DNA from: a virus
DNA: 64,000 bases
Virus record (IMG/VR): IMGVR_UViG_3300030110_004304
Location: 1-64,000 of that record
Direction: 5' to 3' (one strand)
Positions within the stretch are counted from its first letter, which is position 1. Each line of letters begins with the position of its first letter. Shown piece by piece: positions 19,750 through 30,500 of this stretch. Both the position numbers and the translations under genes were made by a program. The notes beneath the pieces were generated by a model, which saw nothing but the letters and a program-made list of their open reading frames with translations, searched no databases and was not told the origin of the DNA.

Positions 19750-20019
19750 ATGGCAGAATATAAACTCATAATGAAACCTACTTTAGCAGAAGTAACAGCT
19801 GTTGCTGATGCAATAACTGCTGAAATAAATAAAGAAAAGGTTGTTTATCAACGTAAGCCTTATTATAATGCTGTACAAAATTTATACGCTCTCAAAGTTA
19901 ATCCTCCGTATGCTGATGCAATAATAGCAGTAATCGGGCAAGACGACTATGATGGCTTACCTATGATTTCAAAATCTAACGAAGATTGGTTTCCTAAAAG
20001 AGAAAAAACTACTAAATAA
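19750..20019 (+). CDS. Hypothetical protein (fibre-associated)
   Basis: 89-aa coupled ORF. Confidence 0.65.
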   Translation: MAEYKLIMKPTLAEVTAVADAITAEINKEKVVYQRKPYYNAVQNLYALKVNPPYADAIIAVIGQDDYDGLPMISKSNEDWFPKREKTTK

Positions 20020-20026
20020 ATAAAAA

Positions 20027-20839
20027 ATGAAAACATTAAGCAAAAAAGAAGAAAAACAGCTAAAAGGAAGTTTGGAAGAACTTAGAGAAGCTACTAAAGA
20101 AGCGAACCAATTGGCGGCTAGAGAATTTTTAAAGTCTATTAAAGAAAGCCCTAGTGCTCGTGTAAGAAAAGAAACAGATACTGTAAAACCTACTGTAGAT
20201 TTTAATCCAGACGAAAAGATTATCAAAAAACTAGAAGAAGAGCAGGACTTGGTTAAAAGGCTTTTCTCTAAAGAAAAACTAGAACCTTCAGAAAGCAGAG
20301 AATTACTTCGTGCTATTTCTAACCAAAGAGCTGGGAAAAAAAGACTAGAGGAACTTGGAGAAGTAGAATTTGTAGAAAAAGTAGGAAACTTTCTTAATGT
20401 GGCTGAAGGAAAAGTAGGAATAGTTGCTCCTTCAAAACTTACGGTACCAGAAAAAGATAGAGAGAAAAAAAGGAAAAATACTGGGAAGCATTTATTTTTA
20501 GAACCTATAAAAGGAGATCATGGTGATGATTTCTTGTTGCCTGAATTACCGATTAAAGAAGAACCAGCTTTAGAAGGACCGATTAAAGAAGAGCCTAAAG
20601 AGGAACACGAAGGAGAACACGAATTTGAAGAACCAATCTTTGAAGGACCAATTGATGGTAAGATTCCTGTAGTAGAAGAAAAAGAAAAAGAAGAAGAACC
20701 GGTAGCTGAAGCTCCTGCGGAAGAACCAATTCATGTTGATGAAGAGGGAGGTAAAAAAGAAAAACCTTCTGAGGGTCTTCCCGAAGATATTGAAGAGATT
20801 TCTTCCAAAAAACCAGGACCTGAACCAGGAGAAGAATAA
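20027..20839 (+). CDS. Glu/Lys/Pro-rich low-complexity protein
   Basis: PIKEEP repeats and an acidic disordered C-terminus. Confidence 0.7.
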   Translation: MKTLSKKEEKQLKGSLEELREATKEANQLAAREFLKSIKESPSARVRKETDTVKPTVDFNPDEKIIKKLEEEQDLVKRLFSKEKLEPSESRELLRAISNQRAGKKRLEELGEVEFVEKVGNFLNVAEGKVGIVAPSKLTVPEKDREKKRKNTGKHLFLEPIKGDHGDDFLLPELPIKEEPALEGPIKEEPKEEHEGEHEFEEPIFEGPIDGKIPVVEEKEKEEEPVAEAPAEEPIHVDEEGGKKEKPSEGLPEDIEEISSKKPGPEPGEE

Positions 20840-20865
20840 TAATATAACCAATTTAAAAAAACAAA

Positions 20866-22152
20866 ATGGCCGATTTTAATAAAAGTAAGAATAATTTCTT
20901 CGGAACTTATATAATAAACGACTCGAATAAAGCTACTATAAACTGTACCAGTATTATAGTGAGAGCCGATGCTACCTTTACTAGTTTAAAAGTAGCAGGA
21001 CAACAAGTAGATGTACGGGCAAGATACTTACAAGATAAAGGTGGAGCAATTCCCACAGGAACAGAGTTAGTCTGTAAAGATGGATATTTTTCAGAAATAA
21101 CTCTAGAAAAAGGAATAGTAGAGATAGTCTTAATGCAGAGAGATCCTAAGCCTATCGCAGTTCCTGAGTTACCCGATCCAAATGCAGGATTTAGAATAAC
21201 CTCATGTCCTGGAGTAGTTCCTGGTGGAGAATACACAGTATTGACTAGTGGATTCGCAGAAGAAGTAGGAATTACATTAGCAGCAGGAATGTCTTTAACT
21301 TTTAGTGGTGTAGAACCATTTCCTAATGGATGTTATTACGTTACTGAAACAGACTTAGGAGGAGAAGTTTTAGAAGTAGAAGGTGGAGAAGTTGCAGTAG
21401 TTGAAGACGGTCCGTGTTTAGATTGCGTAGAAAATTCTGACTCTTTTGTTCTATTCCCATGTGAAGGAGAAGAAGGAGAAATATTCTATGCAGATTCAGC
21501 AGTAGGTGTTGATTTAAATACTTACGTAGGAGCTTCTTTACGTATAGGGGAAACCTGTTATAGAGTAGAAAAATCTCTAGTAGGAGGACCTGCTTTAGAA
21601 GCACCGTTTGGGGATCCATGTGGATGTGGTGAAGAGCCACCAGCTCCGGAATGTCCAGGTGAATTAGATGAGTGTGAAAACTGTTCTTCAGATGAAGGAT
21701 ATTTACCACCAGATGAATGTGGAAATTGTCCAGGAGCTCCGGGATACCCATGTGAGCCAGGTGGAGAATTTACACTATTAATAGAAGGTGTAGAAGGTTC
21801 TCAAAACGGAAATCCTGATTTACCACCACCATTTGGTGCTGGACCAGAAGGATCAGAATGGGTTCTTATACAGGTATCAGAAGATGTACCAGGAGGACTA
21901 GCCTGGGATTTAGTATGTGGCCAACCAGAATTTGGTTTACCATTATCTGAACCAATTGGAGATACTCCATGGATGATTCACAACGAAGTCGGATCAGCTT
22001 ACTTACCTAAGTTCGCTTTTAATGGTATAGGAGATTTACAACCAGGTGCAGTATATCAAATAAGCATCACACAAAATAGGACTCTGAATCCCGCAGCTAT
22101 TGAAGGATTAGAAGGTCTAATAAGTTTTTACACACCAGAAGAACTAGCTTAA
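20866..22152 (+). CDS. Cys/Glu/Pro-rich putative virion decoration protein
   Basis: Beta-rich N-terminal domain, two G.CY-type modules, and a CGCGEEPPAPECPGELDECENC...ECGNCPG cluster. Confidence 0.6.
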   Translation: MADFNKSKNNFFGTYIINDSNKATINCTSIIVRADATFTSLKVAGQQVDVRARYLQDKGGAIPTGTELVCKDGYFSEITLEKGIVEIVLMQRDPKPIAVPELPDPNAGFRITSCPGVVPGGEYTVLTSGFAEEVGITLAAGMSLTFSGVEPFPNGCYYVTETDLGGEVLEVEGGEVAVVEDGPCLDCVENSDSFVLFPCEGEEGEIFYADSAVGVDLNTYVGASLRIGETCYRVEKSLVGGPALEAPFGDPCGCGEEPPAPECPGELDECENCSSDEGYLPPDECGNCPGAPGYPCEPGGEFTLLIEGVEGSQNGNPDLPPPFGAGPEGSEWVLIQVSEDVPGGLAWDLVCGQPEFGLPLSEPIGDTPWMIHNEVGSAYLPKFAFNGIGDLQPGAVYQISITQNRTLNPAAIEGLEGLISFYTPEELA

Positions 22153-22158
22153 TCTATA

Positions 22159-22180
22159 AATCCCCACTTCGGTGGGGATT
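22159..22180 (+). terminator. Hairpin with cUUCGg tetraloop (terminator-like)
   Basis: AATCCCCAC-TTCG-GTGGGGATT, between the fibre and lysis genes. Confidence 0.8.
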
Positions 22181-22208
22181 ATTCATTTAACACTTTAAAA
22201 AACTTACA

Positions 22209-22829
22209 ATGGGGAAATATGTATGGTTATTAGATCCAGGACACGGTGGCAAGATTGATGGCGTTTACCAAACTTCTGGAAAAAGAAGTCCTATATGGCC
22301 CGATGGTACTCAGTACTTCGAAGGAGTAGGAAATAGAGAGATTGTACAAAAACTAATGGGCAAATGCACAGAAGCTAACATAGACTTTTTTGATGTTACA
22401 GAAGGGAGTAACTATGATATAAGTCTTGCAGAAAGAGTACAAAGAGCCAATAATTACGAAAGATCATTTGGAAGATGTATATACTTATCTATGCACTCTG
22501 ACGCATTTACTAAAGAAAGTGCTCACGGGTATAGTGTATATACTAGTGAGGGAGAAACTAGGAGCGATAAAATTGCTACCGTTTTCATAAATAATATGAA
22601 AAAAATGTTTTCTGACCACAGGTTAAGAAAAGATAGTAGAGACGGAGACGAAGACAAAGAAGCACAGTTTTATGTGCTCAGAAAAACTTCTTGTCCAGCT
22701 ATACTAATTGAAAACTTTTTCATGACTAATGAAAGAGAGTCTAAATTATTAATGGATGAAAAATTCCAAAATAAGATAGTAGATTGTCATTTTGAAAGCA
22801 TATTACGTATAGAAAAAAACGGTATATAA
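22209..22829 (+). CDS. Endolysin, N-acetylmuramoyl-L-alanine amidase (Amidase_3)
   Basis: LDPGHGG, FEG, SMHSDA, AILIENFFM zinc/catalytic motifs; FYVLRKT. Confidence 0.92.
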   Translation: MGKYVWLLDPGHGGKIDGVYQTSGKRSPIWPDGTQYFEGVGNREIVQKLMGKCTEANIDFFDVTEGSNYDISLAERVQRANNYERSFGRCIYLSMHSDAFTKESAHGYSVYTSEGETRSDKIATVFINNMKKMFSDHRLRKDSRDGDEDKEAQFYVLRKTSCPAILIENFFMTNERESKLLMDEKFQNKIVDCHFESILRIEKNGI

Positions 22830-22981
22830 TGGAGAAACAAATAGAAGAATTAAAAAAACAACTGTCAGGAAACATGTTAAAAGATATGGAAATTAGAGAT
22901 AAAATTCATAAATTACAAATGAAAATCAAAGGCATAAAGCCAGAAGACTCTCATTTTGAATGTGTTGGCTGCGGATCATAA
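22829..22981 (+). CDS. 50-aa protein ending in CVGCGS (not in ORF track)
   Basis: Hand translation MEKQIEELKKQLSGNMLKDMEIRDKIHKLQMKIKGIKPEDSHFECVGCGS*; TAATG coupling to the amidase. Confidence 0.8.
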   Translation: MEKQIEELKKQLSGNMLKDMEIRDKIHKLQMKIKGIKPEDSHFECVGCGS

Positions 22982-22992
22982 AGCCTAAAATC

Positions 22993-23193
22993 ATGAACAA
23001 CAAAACAAAAAACATTATTACAAATTTAATAGGATTAATCCTATTAGGTATTAACATTTATATGTATTATACCTCAGAAGAAAGTTTATCTAGTTTTATA
23101 TCTATTTTAGTTATAAGTCTAGCATTATTTTTATTTAAAGGAACAGAAACAAAACAATGGCTACAAAAAGCATTAGGAAAATTGTCGAAATAA
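22993..23193 (+). CDS. Holin-like 2-TM protein (66 aa)
   Basis: Two hydrophobic helices and a basic tail; between amidase and spanin; ATG at 22993. Confidence 0.6.
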   Translation: MNNKTKNIITNLIGLILLGINIYMYYTSEESLSSFISILVISLALFLFKGTETKQWLQKALGKLSK

Positions 23194-23603
23194 TTTTACT
23201 AGTATTAATAGTTTTTAGCTGCACACCTCAAAAAAGATTACATAGATTAATAAATAAACACCCGGGGTTAATGCAACTAGATACTATAGTAATAAGAGAT
23301 ACTATAGTAATAGAAGACTATACCCACGATACTACAACAATATTACAATTTCATGACAGCACTACAGTTGTTAATAATGAAAAAGTAATACTAAAATATT
23401 TTTATGACACACTTACCAGAGAAATACACCACGAATATACATGCCTCGGTGATACGATTATACAGGAGAAAATTGTTCCGTATGAGAAAATCGTTATCCA
23501 GGAGCTTACGTGGTGGCAGAAATACGGAAATATAATTATTACTATAACTATTATCTTATTACTGCTGACATTGTTTAAAAAGTTTTCCAAATTTTTTATA
23601 TAA
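23157..23603 (+). CDS. Unimolecular spanin-like lipoprotein
   Basis: Signal peptide with lipobox (IVFSC), DTIVIR/DTIVIE beta repeats, C-terminal TM and basic tail. Confidence 0.7.
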   Translation: MATKSIRKIVEIILLVLIVFSCTPQKRLHRLINKHPGLMQLDTIVIRDTIVIEDYTHDTTTILQFHDSTTVVNNEKVILKYFYDTLTREIHHEYTCLGDTIIQEKIVPYEKIVIQELTWWQKYGNIIITITIILLLLTLFKKFSKFFI

Positions 23604-23604
23604 T

Positions 23605-24903
23605 ATGGGACGCAGAAAAAGTCAAAATAGTATTAGGGGTAGAGTCTTAAAACATGAAAAAAATATTAAACAATTTTTTCATAGTGGGATTACTTCACCT
23701 ATGCAAATAGCTAAAAAACTAAATGAGCTTGAGCTCTTACCAAACGTTACTTTAGAAGGAGCTAGGAAAGAAATATCTAAATTTTTAAGAAGAGAAAATC
23801 TACTTCCTGGAGTTGTTACTTCTACTGATAAAGTAAAGTGGGAAGAAGACTATGAAAATGGCGTAGCTTCTTTCGACTACTCAGGATTAAAAAAAATACA
23901 AACTCAAGAAGACTTAATTAGGTTTGCAAAAATAGATACTTCTAAATGGAAAGCGGTAAAACAAACTGCTAATAAGTGGGGAGAGAATTATCAAATTAAA
24001 GTAGTATTTGAAAGTGTAGATAAGCATGCTCAAGAAAAAGAACTTTACAATAGAGCTTTTGAAGCTCTAAAAGAACATCTAGCAGATAGAAAAATACTTA
24101 AGAAAAAGAATAAAAAGACCGTTACTAATATAGGAGTTATCCCATTAGCAGATTTTCATATAGGGGCCTACATTAGGAATCTTATTAGAACGCCTAATTA
24201 TGATTTAGATATATTAACTAATATGCTAGAAGAAGTAGCTATTACTATAAACGAATTAGAATATTCTGAAGTTCATATTATATTTTTAGGAGATATTATC
24301 GAATCTTTTACAGGAGTAAATCACCCTAACACTTGGAAAGAATTAATGCGGGGTGGTTACGGATCTAATATTGTAATCACTGCTTATGAAATATTAGAAA
24401 ACTTTCTCAATAAAATAGAAAATCTACATAGCCTTTATTTAGTTTCTGGAAATCACGATAGAGTTACTGCTAGCAACAAAGAAGATACAAAAGGAGAAGT
24501 TGTAGAGTTAATAAGTCATTTCTTAAAAAAACAATTATCAGTAAACGTTATATACCATCCGATTTTAATATCACAGATAATAGATAACATATGTTATATA
24601 TTTACACACGGACACCACAACTTTACTAAAAAATCATTAGAGCATATTATTTGGAAATATGGGAAACAAGGTTACTTTAATCTCGTATTACAAGGACATT
24701 GGCATACTAGAAGAAAAAAAGAACCAGTAGTCAATATGCAAACAATATATTCAGATTCGGGAGATTATAGAGGAATTACGTGCCCAAGTCTGTTTACAGG
24801 AAATTTTTACTCGGAAACATCAGGTTTTACCTCTACAGCTGGATTTTTAATAGTTCAGAACAAACATAATAAGCCTGCAATTTTCGATATACCATTAGAT
24901 TAA
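23605..24903 (+). CDS. Calcineurin-like metallophosphoesterase
   Basis: ADFHIG, LGDIIE, GNHD, THGH, GHWH motifs; possible N-terminal HTH. Confidence 0.85.
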   Translation: MGRRKSQNSIRGRVLKHEKNIKQFFHSGITSPMQIAKKLNELELLPNVTLEGARKEISKFLRRENLLPGVVTSTDKVKWEEDYENGVASFDYSGLKKIQTQEDLIRFAKIDTSKWKAVKQTANKWGENYQIKVVFESVDKHAQEKELYNRAFEALKEHLADRKILKKKNKKTVTNIGVIPLADFHIGAYIRNLIRTPNYDLDILTNMLEEVAITINELEYSEVHIIFLGDIIESFTGVNHPNTWKELMRGGYGSNIVITAYEILENFLNKIENLHSLYLVSGNHDRVTASNKEDTKGEVVELISHFLKKQLSVNVIYHPILISQIIDNICYIFTHGHHNFTKKSLEHIIWKYGKQGYFNLVLQGHWHTRRKKEPVVNMQTIYSDSGDYRGITCPSLFTGNFYSETSGFTSTAGFLIVQNKHNKPAIFDIPLD

Positions 24904-24904
24904 T

Positions 24905-24912
24905 TATATTTG
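24905..24912 (+). promoter_or_regulatory. -7 promoter element (TATATTTG)
   Basis: Fills the short gap before the ring-protein gene. Confidence 0.45.
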
Positions 24913-24916
24913 TAAT

Positions 24917-25627
24917 ATGCTGCCACTTATAGACTTACATAGCCAACTAGACGAAGCGTTAAACGTTAACTCAATAGATTCTGAATTTAGCGATCTTTTT
25001 TACACAGATCTTATAAACGAACAGAGAGCATTGTTTCTTCGTAACGAGTACAACAAATCTAGAACAATAGATCCAAATATCCAACAAGAGATACCTTGTT
25101 TAGAAATGGAACTTGTTGATCCTCAGACATGTTGTGACTTAGATATATCTTTAGATTGTAAAGTATTAAGAAGCAAAAAAACTATACCTAACACGGTAGA
25201 ATTATTTTTTAGAAAAGCCATTACAGCAATTGGCCCAGTAGATATTACCAAGAAGAGATATACTGTTATAGACTACAATAGAGTGCCATATGCAGGAAAT
25301 GGAAGAACAACTTCCAAAGCAGTATATGCTTTTCTATATGCTGATTACGTATATATAATTAGTAAAAACCCTACAATAAACTTAGTAGACAAAATAACTG
25401 TTAGAGGAGTTTTTGAAGATCCTAGTAAATTAGGAGAATTTGTAGATTGCTCAAACAAACCTTGTTGGAGCCCGTATGATATATATCCTCTTAATCAGTG
25501 GACATGGGCGTATATAAAACCACAAATACTCCAACAACTGATGCAAAAACAAGCTATACCGCAGGATAATGAAAATGATTCTAAAGATAATAAAACAGGG
25601 GGAATGACTAGTGGAGCAGCAAAGTAA
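24917..25627 (+). CDS. Tail ring protein
   Basis: CLEMELVD...LRSKKTIP...VRGVFEDP...YPL...ND..D motifs of crAss-like ring proteins. Confidence 0.75.
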   Translation: MLPLIDLHSQLDEALNVNSIDSEFSDLFYTDLINEQRALFLRNEYNKSRTIDPNIQQEIPCLEMELVDPQTCCDLDISLDCKVLRSKKTIPNTVELFFRKAITAIGPVDITKKRYTVIDYNRVPYAGNGRTTSKAVYAFLYADYVYIISKNPTINLVDKITVRGVFEDPSKLGEFVDCSNKPCWSPYDIYPLNQWTWAYIKPQILQQLMQKQAIPQDNENDSKDNKTGGMTSGAAK

Positions 25628-26168
25628 TACATATTTAAAAAGAGGAAAAGGGAAGAGTAATGGTAATATTATTAAAAGACACTTTTTTAGCTACTATAAT
25701 AAGCATAGTAAACTTAAAAAAGTATCTAGAAAAGCATATGATAATTTTTTAAAAGAATTATTAGAAGCTTATAGTAATGCTATAGTAAAAGATAATATGA
25801 GTCTTAAAGTAGGCAGCTTAGGCTATATTAGAATAAAAGCTACTAAAGGTAAGTTTTTTAATAAAGAAGGAAAACTAGCAAAGTCATTAAAACCTAACTG
25901 GCCTGCAACCTTCGAATACTGGCATAAGAAGTGGCCAGACTTAACAAGAGACGAGATAGTAGCTCTAAAAGATAAAGGAATTAAAAAGAAAGTAGTTTAC
26001 TTTCAAAACGAACATACTAATAGAGAGTATTATGAACATTACTGGGATACTAGTACTACAATGGTTAAATTTCATAGGTTCTATGAATTTACACCATCGA
26101 GACAATACTCTAGATTAATAGCAAAAATTGTAAAAGACCCTAATAGAAAAACATATTATTATGGATGA
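25611..26168 (+). CDS. crAss-type IHF-like protein
   Basis: LGYIRIK, PNWPAT...W, VYFQNEHT..Y...W; usual position between ring genes. Confidence 0.65.
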   Translation: MEQQSNTYLKRGKGKSNGNIIKRHFFSYYNKHSKLKKVSRKAYDNFLKELLEAYSNAIVKDNMSLKVGSLGYIRIKATKGKFFNKEGKLAKSLKPNWPATFEYWHKKWPDLTRDEIVALKDKGIKKKVVYFQNEHTNREYYEHYWDTSTTMVKFHRFYEFTPSRQYSRLIAKIVKDPNRKTYYYG

Positions 26169-26409
26169 ATTAATAGAAGAAACAGGAAGTGCAGGAGAAA
26201 CTACCTGGACTAAAGAAGTTAAGTTAGATGACGGAGGATATATCCGTACTAAAGTAGAAGAAGTTAGTAATGGCTTTCTAAAATGCGTAGACAAAAACAC
26301 GAAAGAAGGAGATAAGTGGACATTTGAAACTGTTAAATCTATACATTCTGATAATCCTCTAAAAGAAAAATCTTTAGTGGAGAAATTAGCAGAAGCCCTA
26401 AAAGAATAA
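26161..26409 (+). CDS. Hypothetical protein
   Basis: 82-aa coupled ORF. Confidence 0.65.
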   Translation: MDELIEETGSAGETTWTKEVKLDDGGYIRTKVEEVSNGFLKCVDKNTKEGDKWTFETVKSIHSDNPLKEKSLVEKLAEALKE

Positions 26410-26413
26410 AACA

Positions 26414-27550
26414 ATGCAATCAGGAAATACAGTATCTTATAAAAATGTAGTAGATAAAGTATTCAGAGATTTTGGATTCAATTATGATATAAATGATGAA
26501 GAAGTTTTAGAATGGCTAGCTGAATTTATGGCCCATACTATGGCTGGGGTAGTAATGGAAGCTAAAATCAACTACACAAATGTAGTAGATGGAAGAGCGG
26601 ATCTTCCTGCAGACTTACATAGAATAAAACAAGTAGCCCAACTATCCGGCGTTAGTAGCTTAGAAGAGGCAGAGTGTGGAAAAGGTACTATAATTCCTAT
26701 GAGGTGGTCTACAGATAACTTTCACAAAAGATATCATTTAGATAACAGAGACTACACTAGTGAGTCTTTAAATACTTATAATCTAGGACAAGGTTACATC
26801 TTCCCTTCTTTTGATTGTGGAATGCTAGCTATTTCATACGAAGCAATTCCGACAGATGATTGTGGATATCCTACAATACCAGCAGAACAACAATGGTTAG
26901 AAGCAGGTACGTGGTACATAGCTCATAAAATTGCTAGAAAACTTTGGATACGTAATGAGATTACTGCTGATAAATTCCAATTAATAGAAAGAGATAGAGA
27001 TTGGTACTTTACTCAAGCAGTAAACTTTGCTAGAATGACTAACGGAGTAGATGAGGCAGAATCTCTGAAAAATCAACAGGTAATTACTATTCCTAAGATT
27101 CAGGATCATGCATCATTCTTTGCTAATATGCAAATACCAGAACAGCGTAAATTTAGATTAAAAGCTAACGGTTCTATAGTAAACCAACCTAATGAAGTAG
27201 GTATACAAAGCAGCAGTAACTTAGCTTCTAACAATCCTAATGTTTTACCGGTATTAAGCCAATACGCCGTGTCAGCAATAGCAGCAACTACAGCTACTTT
27301 TAACAGTGAGCTCCAATCTTACGGATCAACTGCTATTTCTAATCATGGACATTGTTGGTCTACTACTTCTTTTCCAAGTATAGGAACTCCAGGAGTTATT
27401 GTAGATTCTAAAGGAACAGTTGCAGCCCCATTGGCGTATTCAACTAATGCTACCGGCCTAACACCTGCTACTACATATTACGTACGAGCTTTTGCAACTA
27501 CAGCAACAGGTACAGTATACAGTAATCAAATTACCTTTAATACTTTATAA
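26414..27550 (+). CDS. Tail tubular/ring protein with C-terminal FN3-like domain
   Basis: RADLP.DL, Y.AIPTD..GYP.IP, DWY..QA; C-terminal GHCWST...LTPATTYYVRAFAT. Confidence 0.75.
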   Translation: MQSGNTVSYKNVVDKVFRDFGFNYDINDEEVLEWLAEFMAHTMAGVVMEAKINYTNVVDGRADLPADLHRIKQVAQLSGVSSLEEAECGKGTIIPMRWSTDNFHKRYHLDNRDYTSESLNTYNLGQGYIFPSFDCGMLAISYEAIPTDDCGYPTIPAEQQWLEAGTWYIAHKIARKLWIRNEITADKFQLIERDRDWYFTQAVNFARMTNGVDEAESLKNQQVITIPKIQDHASFFANMQIPEQRKFRLKANGSIVNQPNEVGIQSSSNLASNNPNVLPVLSQYAVSAIAATTATFNSELQSYGSTAISNHGHCWSTTSFPSIGTPGVIVDSKGTVAAPLAYSTNATGLTPATTYYVRAFATTATGTVYSNQITFNTL

Positions 27551-27559
27551 CTATAGTAT

Positions 27560-30500
27560 ATGGCAATGAAAAAACATAATAACACTTATGGTAAAGGCCT
27601 AAATGTTGATACCGCTTTTGATAGCATGCCTGCCAATATGTATATCGATGCTATGGATGTTAGAATAACAACTGCAGACGGAGAAAGCACAGGGGCTATA
27701 ACTAATCTTCAAGGTAACGAAGAAGCTTTTAAAATAAACCAAGCCGGTGCAACAGGATTAAAAGAAATAATAGGAGTAGGATTTATTAGAAATATTATAA
27801 TTCTTTTCTGTGCAGATGATACTGGGACTAATGGTTGGATGTATTATGTAACTTATGACGAACAAACTAGAAAAATAACTAGTGGAGCTCAGGCTCCTCT
27901 TTTGTATGATGGTGATGGAAACCCTAACTTATTAGGTTTCAGCAAAGACTGGCCAATAGAAGCCCAAGGAAGATATGAATCTGATTGCGTACAAAGAATA
28001 TATTGGACAGATTATAACAACTCACTAAGAAGTTTATTAATTGAAGATTTTACAAGTATTCCAGCTGGAGGATTATCATTAGACATTAGTGTAATTGATA
28101 TATTTCCTGAAGTAACATACACACAGCCAATATTAACTAATGTTGCTTTTGGGGGAACACTTCTTGCAGGAGAGTACCAATTTGCATATAGACTAATTAC
28201 AGAAGACGGTAAACAAACTTTAATATCTCCTCCTGGAAACCTAATACATCTAACAAGCGACTCAGAAGCTACTAGTACTAGTAGACGATATATGGGAGAT
28301 CCCAAAGGTACTAATACTAATAAAAGTTTAGAAATTACAATAGACACAAGTGATTATGTAAATAAATTTGAAAGAATAGAATTAATATCAGTATTCTTTG
28401 AAGAATATGGGGGCACTCCTTTAGTACAATCTGTCGAAACTCAAGGAATAGGAGTATTAACTGAAATAAATTTTATTTATACAGGCCAAGAAAACACAAT
28501 AGTAGATTTACCTTTAGCAGAGTTTGCTATTAAAGTATATCCTTTTAGCACCTGCAAAACAATGGTCCCTAAAGATAACTCTTTAGTTGTTGCTAATATA
28601 AAACAAACTAAGTTTGATATAAACGAATTATTAGAACCAGGAGAGACTTTAGATTTAATGACAAAAAGATATAATAGTAGTAGTGAGTTACCTTTTACAG
28701 ACGGACTAGTTAATCCGCTGGCACTTGTGCCAGGTACTCTTTACGAAGAAAAAGATGAAGTATTTAATCTTCCTTATAATCTAGATCAACATTGGGAAGG
28801 ACCTTGGCACGAAGAACAACAATTTAAATATCAAGCTGATGGTTCTACTATGGGGGGACAATCTTTAGACGATGGTGTGAATCCTTCTAATCTATCCTAT
28901 AAGTTTGCCCTAAGTCTTGATATAATAGATGACAGTAGTCAACCAGGTTTAGCAGAATTAACCAATACCTTTCCAAATGAGATTATTAATCTAAATGATG
29001 GTTATACGTACACTAATAAAAGTTTTCGCTCTAAAGCATCTCCCTACAAAAGTGGATTAACCAGAGGCTATAAAAGAGGAGAAGTTTATCGTTTTGGTGT
29101 AGTATTTTATAATAAAAAAGGAGAGTCTTCTTATGTAGAATATATTGGTGATATTAAGATGCCTGATATTTCAGAAGAAGCAGGCTATACAACAGTGACC
29201 GTTCCTGGTCCTGGAGCTAAAGACTTTTTTCCTATATCTTCAGCTGCATCTAGTGGTGCTACAGTTCCAAACGATTATACTTATGGTCATGATTTAGGAT
29301 TAAAAATAGATTTAGATTTTACATCTTGTCCTAGTATATTAGACAAAATAACTTCTTTCCAAATAGTAAGATGTAAAAGAACAGATGTTGATAAAAGAAG
29401 ACCCGCTTCTGGTATAATTAAATCATATCATTTTCCAGATATAGGTTCAAACCCACATTACGATCCTGATCCAGAAGATAGAGAAGGTTATGAATGGGAC
29501 AGTCCCGATGGAAATATTTTACATTTATATTGGACAAAACCCACTGGCTTTATGCCATCTGAGAGTGGAAAACCTTTTGCTGGTAGTTGGTATTCTTTTA
29601 ATAATAATTGGAACACATATCGAAGATTTTCAGCTGATGAAAACTATAGTCCAATATATGGAGATTTCTTAGCTTTCTACAGTCCTGAAGTATCTTATAA
29701 TTTTAACAGACAAAATCTTGAAGGAGCTGGAAAAGCACTTTTAATTACAGGTTCATATGCTGACTACGGCCTTATTTGGCAAGGTGCATCATCTACTACT
29801 AGATATTATACTAGTACTCTACATGATGAAATTTATGGAACTAATCAAAATAATCAAGAATTAGGATGTGACATATGGGAACAATATTTTAAAGTACGAA
29901 CAACTAATAGAATAGATAGAGAAACCGTAGCTGAACAACCAGATGGTACTCTAGATACTGTATATGATGGAGGAGCAGGTTATCCAATATCATATAGAGG
30001 AATAGAATATGTAAGACAATTTAACAATGCTGGCGTATTCACAGATTTTGAAAAGGCTCAAGAAGATGTTGAACGAGGAGATAGAATGAGTAAAATTATA
30101 AAAACGTATGGTCCTCTAGTTTCGAGCCCTCCTACTCCTACTTCTTTTTATATAAGACCTGTTTATGTTTTTGTAGGAAATGAAGGAGCTGTTGGAACAG
30201 ATGATCCTGATGATTGTCCTTGTGCAGTATCTCAACCAGGTCGTAGTCTTGGTGGTAATAATTGTGGATATGGAGGAATAGGAAGAGGATCAGTCTGCTT
30301 AACAGTGAATACTACTAATATATTTACCAATCCTTATACAAGTAATCCCGTTGTTGTTGGATCAACTGGAGTTGCTTTTCCTACAACTCCTACTAATGCT
30401 GTTGCTGGATCAGTAACCGATCCATGTTTTGGAGGTCCTAGCACATGGACAGGTAGTTTTGGTTATGTTTGGCCAGAGTTTCCTGATCAAAATTTTATCC

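Noticed and set aside
15460-22152. Diversity-generating retroelement target or invertible fibre locus
   Set aside because: No reverse transcriptase, recombinase, TR/VR pair or flanking inverted repeats were seen in this window.
22960-22992. Track start for the holin-like ORF
   Set aside because: It overlaps the better-supported 50-aa ORF; the ATG at 22993 has a typical A-rich leader.
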